Below are positions 54,117-64,000 of a stretch of 64,000 nt of DNA, one piece after another (positions within the stretch are counted from its first letter, which is position 1; every line of letters begins with the position of its first letter). The position numbers and the translations under genes were made by a program. The notes beneath the pieces are model-generated. The model was not told the origin of the DNA. It saw only the letters and a program-made list of their open reading frames with translations, and made no database searches. This DNA comes from Octopus sinensis (taxonomy: Eukaryota): the NCBI RefSeq assembly GCF_006345805.1, contig NW_021832552.1, positions 22,262 through 86,261 of the forward strand, read 5' to 3'.

Positions 54117-56245
54117 AGTGTGGTAGGAAGAGGCTTCGGCAGAGAGAAACGCAGACACCGATGACGCCGCAGCAACGGCGGAAGAAAGCAGGCTGCGTCG
54201 GTGGCGTGAACGCTCGCACGGCGACTCACATAGTGAATGCCGACAGACGGGATCGGTAACATAAAGTACCAGTCAAGCACTAGGACTGATGGTATTCGAT
54301 TAAAGCCTTCCATCCAAAATCAGAAACTATTATCTAGCGTATTTTACTACATGGTATACACGATATCTTAAATTAGCCAATGTAATACACGCCACTTAAG
54401 TTGTACTATGTTGCATTTAGTGGTAGACTTAATCTCTCTCCTGATTTAACAACACCATCTGGCCCTTAGGTAAATGAAGCAGAGTCCTCTCCTTAGAAAA
54501 TATTCAGAGATCTCAAGTCTAATGATGACTTCCTGACTTTTTCTTACTGATCTAAGAGGCCCTAAATCAGTTATGAGCAACCTGCGGCCAGCGGAAGTTT
54601 CTGAATGGTACGCCTAACGAAAAATTACCTTCACTTTTTTTAGTATTGTGGTCTTCTTGATCTGGTCTGCTTCTCGGAAAAAAGATACCAAATTGCCCTC
54701 GTCTGCTCTAAATAATCAAACCACAAAAAGAAAACAAAAAAGTCCCATGAAAATGGCTTAGTCAGAGGAGGAAGGACAGCAAACTTGGCCTTTTTACAGG
54801 CACCCGAAGAGTGATGTGAAGTGAAGTAGAAGTTATCGTTACACCGGAAACCCCAGATGGATATAGCAACAAACTCTCGTTTAAAGGGGCCATATGGTGG
54901 TGTTAAAATGGGCGGCAAATTAAGTCTACAATCTAGCTAATTATATTGAATGGCATGCAGTACTAATAGATTAAACTAGCACGCAAAGACAAGAAACGTC
55001 AATCGCACAGACATCTACCTAGTTTTACTCTTAGTCGATTTAAGACTCGATTTTGGGTGTCGCTCAATGGATATAGAACTCGGAACTGCATTGTTGCGAA
55101 GCGAACTTCTTAAGCACACAGCTATACATGTTCTGTGAGCATGAGTCAGTACGACTCTCTCCCTCTCTTCCCCTCCTCTCTCTCCCCCCTCTCTCTCTGA
55201 TATAAAAATTATGCCGAGTACTGCAGATAGAAGTTACATGAAAACCAATGATATGACTTACAGCTATTTTCTTTAGCAGCATGGTGATGTTAGTGATGAT
55301 GATGATGATAACGATGTCTTACATTATTGGCACAGTACCACACTTCTATTGTAGACTTGTCTATCCGATTGATTTGACCTCAACATACCACATATTTTAT
55401 CGACCTAAGCACATAAAAGACGGAGGCATCTCTGCCAAGATTAGCAAACATAGCATTAAAAAGAAGCAATCACACTATCCTTTCTGCTATAGGCACAAGG
55501 CCTGAAATTATGGGGGAGGTGGCCAGTCGATTTTATTGATTCCTAGGACGAAACTGGTACATATTTTATCGACCCCGAAAGGATGAAAGGTAAAGTCGAC
55601 ATGGGATGCATTTGAGCTTAGAACGTAAAGATGGACAAAGATAGAAAGAATAAAACCCTCATTTAAACTACCAATAGCATTGAAAAATACGACAGAAAAT
55701 CAACAATAGTCGGGCGAACGGGTTAAAGAATTTTTAACGTACCTATATAGCCCAATGTTTTATATTTTGGTATTTGGATATACTTGGATCATGGTTTCTG
55801 GATCTGGCGAAAAACCTTACCTTCGTCAGCAAGTAGTAATATCCTCTCGAAATAACGGGTACTCATTCATTAAGAAACAAGCATGCTAGACTATAATTTG
55901 TTTTTAAAAATGTGATTAAGATATTTTAACTATCCAAGACCAATTTTTACAAAATTTACGTAAAAAGCAGCCAGTCACGAATACTTGAAAACCCAGCATT
56001 CAATGTAGCTGATAACAAACGTACGAGAAAAAAAATTAAAATCTTAGGGATGTAATCCTAAAAATAGCAGATAAAGTATTTGTAAAGATAAATATTTTGA
56101 CAGAAAAAGTACAGCTTGTTTTTTTTTATGTTTAAAACGAATTAAATATTAAAAACTGGCCTTTTTTCTATAAATCGGGGTATTGCACTGAAAGAAGATC
56201 AGAATTTTCTTTAAATTTGAATGTAATTTTGTATAAATCACAGCC

Positions 56246-56423
56246 ATGTGTGCCAAAGTAAACAACAAAAAGAGCAAAAGAAAAACATACGATTTCACAA
56301 AAATTGGAAATGTTGAATCACAAGAAAAAGAATCCGTTGGCGACACAAGAGGAACTTAAGAAGAAATTCAAAATGCCAATAGGAGTTATTAATCGTATTC
56401 TAAAGAACAAATCCAAATATTGA
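56246..56423 (+). pseudogene. pogo/Tigger (CENP-B N-terminal HTH-psq) transposase remnant
   Basis: KSKRKT-[frameshift]-TISQKLEMLNHKKKNPLATQEELKKKFKMPIGVINRILKNK. Confidence 0.55.
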
Positions 56424-56788
56424 AATGCCGGCTGATGAAGAAGAAACAGCATCCTTTGATAATTTAAATCTACCTGTCTATGCTGACAATAATCTACTAC
56501 AAGAAATTTTCATAGAGAACCTTGGTATCAATGACGAGACCGAAATTTTCGATGAATCGGAAAATCAAACAAAGGAAAGCGAAAAAATCAGTTTTTTCCC
56601 GATGCATTTTCTATTTCTATTTCTTTGTCTTGTTATATTTGTAATATATTAGGTATAATATCATTGCTGTTGTGTAATGGTTTAATATAGTATTGATTGG
56701 GTATTATCTGATGGTTGATGATTGATTTAGGTATATTTCTCCATTTTCTCATTTTGTATATATATATATATATATATATGTATATGTA

Positions 56789-57003
56789 TATTTCTTTACT
56801 ACCCACAAGGGGCTAAACATAGAAGAGACAAACAAGGAGAGACAAAGGGATTAAGTCGATTACATTGACCCCAGTGCGAAACTGGTTCTTTATTTATCGA
56901 CCCCGAAAGGATGAAAGGCAAAGTCGACCTCGGCAGAATTTGACAGACGAAATACCGCTAAGCATTCGCCCGGCGCGCTAACGATTCTGCCAGCTCGCCG
57001 CCT
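56789..57003 (-). mobile_element. Family B SINE inside (TA)n
   Basis: Consensus match. Confidence 0.85.
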
Positions 57004-57018
57004 ATATGTGTGGTGTAG

Positions 57019-57069
<51 letters not shown>

Positions 57070-57132
57070 ATATATATATATATAATATCTATATATATAT
57101 AGTTATACTACTACATATAATATTATATATAC

Positions 57133-57183
<51 letters not shown>

Positions 57184-57340
57184 CATATCCAATAATATAT
57201 ATATCATATATATATATACATATATATATATATAATATATATATATATATACATATACATACTACATACATATATTATACATACATATATATATAATAAT
57301 ATAATATATATATAATATATATATAGTATATACTATTAAC

Positions 57341-57371
<31 letters not shown>

Positions 57372-57401
57372 CAATATATCTATATATATATATATATATA
57401 T

Positions 57402-60400
57402 AAAAGGAAATGAAGAAAATCCTGACAAATAATTGAAGTAATTTAAGTAATTTAATTAGGTGAAAGTTCTTTTTACCGGTTGCGCATTGTTATGCTTATC
57501 AAAATATAAAAGAGAGATTAGAGTCTGTCCTCTTATATGTAAAAAAAAGGCTCCAGAGTTGTTTTGGATTGCTTGGTTTCGCGCCTAAAATTTTGATTGG
57601 TCATTATGAAGGGGTCACGTGAATGTTTGAATGGAAGTTGGTGTTGGGGTAAGAAAAAAGGCTCCAGAGAAGTTAAAATTGGCTAGTGTCCCGCCTAAAA
57701 TTTCTTATTGGCCATAATAAAGAGGTCACGTGAATGTTTAGAATTTTCGAAAAATAGTGTTGTTGAAAATCTTATTGTTCAGGCTGGTCAGTAGACGTCA
57801 TGTGGATATTTTAAATAGCTTTTTAGCGCGTAGTTAGGGAGTGTATTTTTCCGCTTGACTGGATAAGTAAGTTCGTTTAGAACAGGGAGAGCTGTATGTA
57901 TGTATGTGTGTGCGCGCGCGCGCGTGTGTGTGTTTATATGTATGTTGGGGGCGCGCGCGCGTGTATATATGTGTATGTGTGTGGGTACAATTTTCAATAT
58001 TTATAGTTCTGCTGGCCTTGTGCCTGTATCGGGAAGCAACGTATTTGTGTGAAGTCAATATTTACAGAGCCATTTCCAAAAAATAGTGTTGGATGTTTTG
58101 CACCCGTATTCATTATGTGTATGTGTGGAACCATATATTTGTGTGTGTCATGGTTAATATCTGGGTAAAGGTGTGTGTAGGGTGTTGTGCAGGTGTAAGT
58201 GTGTTTGTTGTGGGTTCGTGTTAGGGGCATGTGTTTAGAAGTGGTCTGTATTTATTAATAAGGTGGGATTCCATGGTTATTCGCTGGGTATGAGTGGCAT
58301 TAGAGAGACTGAAAACAGAGATTGAACTTCTCAAATTAAGGGCCCAAACAATCGATGAAGAGATCCTCCTCGTAATAAATAACAAGGCCGAAAGCCTACA
58401 CATAGAGAAGATCTCCAAGTTATGGAAAGATGACTGCAACAAAGAGGAACTAAAATCCCTACAACGTTGGGAAAAAGTGCCGCCTGGTTCCTAAACTATG
58501 AATCGACTTTCAAAACGGATTCTCTTCCAATAACCCGTTCATAAAAATGGGAAAACCAGGAACCCAACCACACAACTACTCCGCCAACCCTCCAACCTTG
58601 AACAAAAAGAAGAAACAGTATATTGAAGATGTACCTTCTTACCCCACGTCCATAAGGAGGAACAAGAACCCTGGAAACTCTCACCACCAGAATTACATTA
58701 ACGAATTTCCCTCTTCAAGGAGACGCTATACACAACAACTCAACAACTACTCGAATACCTTATTAACAAATATAAGAGGATCCCACTACAGGATAGACAC
58801 AACAACATCCACACCACGAGGGGACAACAAGGTAATTTTCACTTCTCAACTCTCACAATACACAACAAACCCATACCACTCGATACAAGCACCCACGCAG
58901 GCCACTCATATCACCACAATCCATCACAACACAAAGAAACACACACCAACACCCGCAATACAGGAACACCCCATTCTATCCACAACCACGAACCCGAACC
59001 ATATTTCACAACAAGGAATATAACAAACACACAGGACCTCCTAACACCAACAGACAACCCCTCTACCCCAACCATTTTTTAGACACAGCACACAGATACA
59101 GGCAAACAAAATAACACAGGACAGGGAGAGAAACATAAACTAATTAAAGTCATCAATTTAACCATACAGAACCCAACCCCAACCTTCTCAACTTACTCTC
59201 CAAAGGTCTGAAATTCACACCAACCCCCCACGTCCAAACTACTACGAAATGAAGGAAGACATTACAGAATTTTGTAGAAATTGCGACTTAGTGAGGAACT
59301 ATTCGACCAGCACAATGAGGATGAGTCACTAGCTAGAAATAAAAGCAACTACACACCCCACGAAAAGGTAGAAATAAAATCCTAGACGAATTCTGTGAGC
59401 ACATTACAAACTTCCCCTACCAACACTTACACAAACCAAACCCAAACCAACCCAAACTCAACAAGAAAGAGTGGGAAGAATTAAACAAATTAAAAATGAA
59501 AGATCTATCACCATTAAAGAGGCCGATAAAGGAAGTGCAGTAGTCTTAATGGAGACAGAATACTATATAAACTTAGCACTCTCCACCTTGGAAAATGGAA
59601 CATATTACGAAAAGGCTGAACACTACAATCAACAGAAAATTATGAGAAACTTAAAAACCCCTGATCAACCCCCACAAAGAAGAACTCACTAACAAAGAAT
59701 TCAACTTCATCACAAATTTCACTAGTAAAACCAGCCTCTTCTACGGTATTCCCAAAATTCATAAAAGCGAATTAATAAGTAAGGCATGCAAGGAAGCCAC
59801 AAACTCTGTAATCAATGTCCCCTCACCAAATGACCTCAATTGAGACCTATAATAGCAGGTCCCGCTTGCGAAACCCACCGCCTAGCAACTTCATTGATAC
59901 CCTTCTCAAGCCGTTCCTCAAACACTTAAAAGCTACATAAGGACGATCTAGATATGCTCAACCACCTCCCCAATACACTTTTTGCTGAACAAACCCTGCT
60001 AGTAACATTCGATGTAGTCAATCTTTACTCCAACATCCCCCACAACCTAGGAATAGAAGCTATCCAATTCTGGCTGGATAATTACTCCAACGAACTCCCA
60101 CACCGCATCAAAGGAAATTATTTTAGAAGGACTCAAATTCATCTTAGAGAATAATTTCTTCACCTTCAACAACAAATTCTACAGACAGAAATCAGGGACG
60201 GCAATGGGAACGAAAACAGCTCACTTACGCCAACTTAGTCATGGGATACCTGGAAATCACCCTCTATAATAACGTTCTTAACCAATTTGGCACCACTCTC
60301 CACACAACATATAGAAGAACTGGAAGAGATATCTTGATGACTGCTTCATCCTTTGGCCCGAAACCGTCGAGAAGCTTAACGAATTTCACACTCTTATAAA

Positions 60401-62203
60401 TGGGCTCAACACAAACATTATTTTCACAATGGAATACAGCCCTCAACAAATTCCCTTCCTCGACATCCTCATTAAAATTCACAACAAAAAAATAGAAACA
60501 GACATATACTACAAGCCCACAGACTCCAAGCAATACCTCCCTTTCAATTCATGCCACCCTAGACACGTTAAAATTAACATTCCCTACAACTTAGCCAAGA
60601 GAATTTGCACTATAGTCTCCAATAAAAACACCCGTCTCTTACGTCTACAAGAACTCAAGGGCACATTAACAAGCAGGGATTACCCCACGTCACTAATTGA
60701 CAATGGGATCCAACGCGCCCTAAAACTCAGCACGCAGGAACTTAGACGCCCTAAACCTGTTACATCGAAACCCCATACTCTACCATACATCTCTACACAC
60801 AACCCCTCAACAATGAAGCTTTTGACACCATCCTCCAGAACATTCCTGTATTACAAAAGGACCATAGAATGAACCAAATCCTCCTCCACCACGAAATCAT
60901 AAAGAGCAAAAGGCAACCCAAATCATTGAAAACCATCCTAACAAATGCCAAAGTGCAAAGTGCCAACCACAACAACTAAACCCACAGTAAACAAATGCAA
61001 TAGACCCAACTGTGGTATATGCATCAACCTAATAGAAGGTCCGGAATTCCTTTTTAAACAAGGACAACGTTTCACAGTAGTAAACACAACTTCACATGCG
61101 CATCAGAAAACCTAGTATATGTCTTAACTTGCTCGGGCTGTAATGAACACTACATAGGCCAAACAAAAAATAGCCTCCGCCAACGCATGACTGTCCACAG
61201 ATCCCAAATAAAAATACAGGAATATAGAAAAATAGCATTTAGTGCACATATTGATACCTGTGCCGCACAACTCCATCCCAATTTTAGAATCTTTCCCCTC
61301 TACAAATTTAAAGACAATGCCACTCATACCCAGCGAATAACCATGGAATCCCACCTTATTAATAAATACAGACCACTTCTAAACACATGCCCCTAACACG
61401 AACCCACAACAAACACACTTATACCTGCACACACACCTTTACCCAGATATTAACACCATGACACACACAAATATATGGTTCCACACATACACATAATTGA
61501 ATACGGGTGCAAAACATCCAACACTATTTTTTGGAAATGGCTGTAAATATTGACTTCACACAAATACGTTGCTTCCCGATACAGGCACAAGGCCAGCAGA
61601 ACTATAAATATTGAAAATTGTACCCACACACATACACATATATACACGCGCGCGCGCCCCAACATACATATAAACACACACACGTGCGCGCGCGCACACA
61701 CATACATACATACGGCTCTCCCTGTTCTAAACGAACTTACTTATCCAGTCAAGCGGAAAATACACTCCCTAACTACGCGCTAAAAAGCTATTTAAAGTAT
61801 CCACATGACGTCTACTGACCAGCCTGAACAATAAGAATTTTCAACAACACTATTTTCGAAAATTCTAAACATTCACGTGACCTCTTTATTATGGCCAATA
61901 AGAAATTTTAGGCGGGACACTAGCCAAATTTTAACTTCTCTGGAGCCTTTTCTTACCCAACACCAACTTCCATTCAAACATTCACGTGCCCCTTCATAAT
62001 GACCAATCAAAATTTTAGGCGCGAAACCAAGCAAATCCAAAACAACTCTGGAGCCTCTTTTTTCACATATAAGAGACAGACTCTAATCTCTCTTTTATAT
62101 TTTGATAAGCATAACAAATGCGCAACCGGTAAAAAGAACTTTCACCTAATTAAATTACTTAAATTACTTCAATTATTTGTCAGCATTCTTCATTTCCTTT
62201 TTT
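57402..62203 (+). mobile_element. Near-complete Penelope-like retroelement (RT plus C-terminal GIY-YIG, Neptune-like) with an inverted 5' pLTR
   Basis: 57402-58301 is the reverse complement of 61316-62203; flanked by (TA)n. Confidence 0.95.
59140..61396 (+). pseudogene. PLE reverse transcriptase/GIY-YIG ORF broken by many 1-nt frameshifts
   Basis: KVINLT, LLSKGLKFTPTP, IKEADKGSAVV, FDVVNLYSNIPH, GTAMGT, RYLDDCF, FLDILI, YYKPTDSKQYL..SCHP, CNRPNCGIC, VYVLTCSGCNEHYIGQT, RMTVHRSQI. Confidence 0.92.
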
Positions 62204-62931
62204 ATATATCACCACTCGTGTTCGACATCTACTTTTTTAATATATATATATATATATTATATATATATATATATATAATATATATATAATATATCAGGTG
62301 GTGCTATTAAGTTAGACATGGCCTGGGCCAATACTGGCCAAAACCTTTCTAAGTTATTCTAAGATATATATATATATATATACTAGCAGTATCGCCCGGG
62401 CTTTGCAAAATGGTCACATTTAATTCAAAGCGTTAAAAATGTTATGAAAAAATTTGTGTATGTGTTCACAAGTCCCCAAACGATTAATACGAAAAAACCC
62501 TCCAGGCTACATCCGAAAATTCATTTCTTTGCCGAATTTCTACAATGTTTACGGCGCGATTCGTTTTAATATCTAGATTTTTTTTTATTTTCATGCAATT
62601 ACGCATGCTTGTACGCGTGGTGAACACAGTTCACGTCAAACAGCTGACTGAGTAAAAGTTCACTATCAATGCATGGGATAAGGCCTAAACACACATTATC
62701 GATTTTTGCACTGGCGAGATGAATTTCGGAACAGAAATAGCGCCAGTTCAATTTTCATTCGCCTAAATTAAGTGACTCATTATGGTGGTGTGGTTCTACG
62801 ATTGTTGGCTAGGAGGGAGGTGTGCCGGCAAGTTAAACACACAGACACACACACAGCGATACACACACAGGGAACACAAGTTGAATTTTTTATATATATA
62901 TATGTGTTGTGTGTGTGTGTGTGGTGTGTGG

Positions 62932-62963
<32 letters not shown>

Positions 62964-63039
62964 GTGTGTGGTATATATATATATATATATAATTACACCA
63001 CATACATACACCAGATATGTGTCTTTGCATATGAGTGTG

Positions 63040-63282
63040 TGTGCGGGGTGGTGGTGGTTAATGGGTTTCAAAATTTTTTCACACCGTTTGACAACCAGTA
63101 TGTTTTTTTCTTATACCACTGTAACTTAGTGTCTTGGTATGAAAAGAAACTAATAGAATAAATACCTCGAAATACTCGAGAGTACTAGTGTCGCTTCGAG
63201 CGACTAAAAACAAAATATAACACTTCGATGTGGTGCCCCAGCATGACCGCAACCCAATAACAGAAACAAGCAAAAAAAAAAT
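63040..63282 (+). mobile_element. SINE family A 3' half, diverged
   Basis: TTGACAACC..GTAACTTAG..GGTGCCCCAGCATGACCGCA. Confidence 0.65.
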
Positions 63283-63815
63283 AACCAAAATGGATGGATG
63301 AAATAATATTTGTGGCGGACGTGACTGTAACGAACACTTTCACAAAGATATTTCCTCGCCAGAGTGATTTGCGTTTGCCGGATTAATCAATCAATATTAC
63401 GTGATTGATACGTCATACTGCAGATATTAAAGATGTATGAAAACAAACAAAAATAGATATATCAAAACAAGAGAATACAAAGGTAGGCGTCTTATGATGA
63501 ATGTGTGTATGCGTTTATGTGTGTGTTTGTGTGCACGTGTGTGTGTATGTGTGTGCATATATGTATGTACGTATGTATAAATATATATATATATGTAAAA
63601 TATGTATGTATGTATGCATGTATGCATGTATGTATGTATTTATGTATGTATGATGTTTGTATGTATGTATGGATGGATGGATGGATGGATGGATGTATGT
63701 ATATGTAAGTATGTGTATATATGTAGATAGATAGATAGATAGATAGATAGATATATAGATATATATATATATGCATATATGTATGTATGTATATGTAAGT
63801 ATATGTGTATATATG

Positions 63816-63849
<34 letters not shown>

Positions 63850-63967
63850 ATATATTATATGCATATATGTATGTAGTATGTATATGTAAGTATATGTGTA
63901 TACATATTGTATCAAAAAAGGGGGTCGAATTAATAATTGTTAATAATTCGACCAAGCAGTATTGTAG

Positions 63968-64000
<33 letters not shown>

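Overview
AT-rich, microsatellite-saturated animal genomic DNA. The repeat families suggest a coleoid cephalopod (Octopus-like), which is an inference. I can support only one host protein-coding gene: a two-coding-exon glycogen-targeting PP1 regulatory subunit (PPP1R3B/C-like; RVxF motif plus CBM21), + strand, 5138..6930, with a 3'UTR to about 9140. The rest is transposon-derived: three tRNA-headed SINE families, an RTE-type repeat with a (GAT)n tail, piggyBac-, Merlin- and Tc1/mariner-type MITEs, Helitrons, fragments of CR1, R4/Dong and Tx1 LINEs, a CpG-decayed 28S rRNA fragment, and many Penelope-like element (PLE) pieces. One near-complete PLE (57402..62203) has an inverted pLTR. The most interesting observations are: (1) canonical and variant hammerhead-ribozyme motifs in PLE-like sequence; (2) a candidate ORF1 plus T6A -1 frameshift layout and E2F/CCAAT/E-box modules in the large PLE; (3) a SINE whose 3' tail matches a microsatellite-embedded Tx1-like LINE; (4) a duplicated NBRE/DR3/DR1 nuclear-receptor cluster upstream of the glycogen gene; (5) Merlin-like MITEs carrying (TTAGGG)n. 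Almost all other ORFs in the track are microsatellite or SINE artefacts. Repeat boundaries were read by eye and are approximate.
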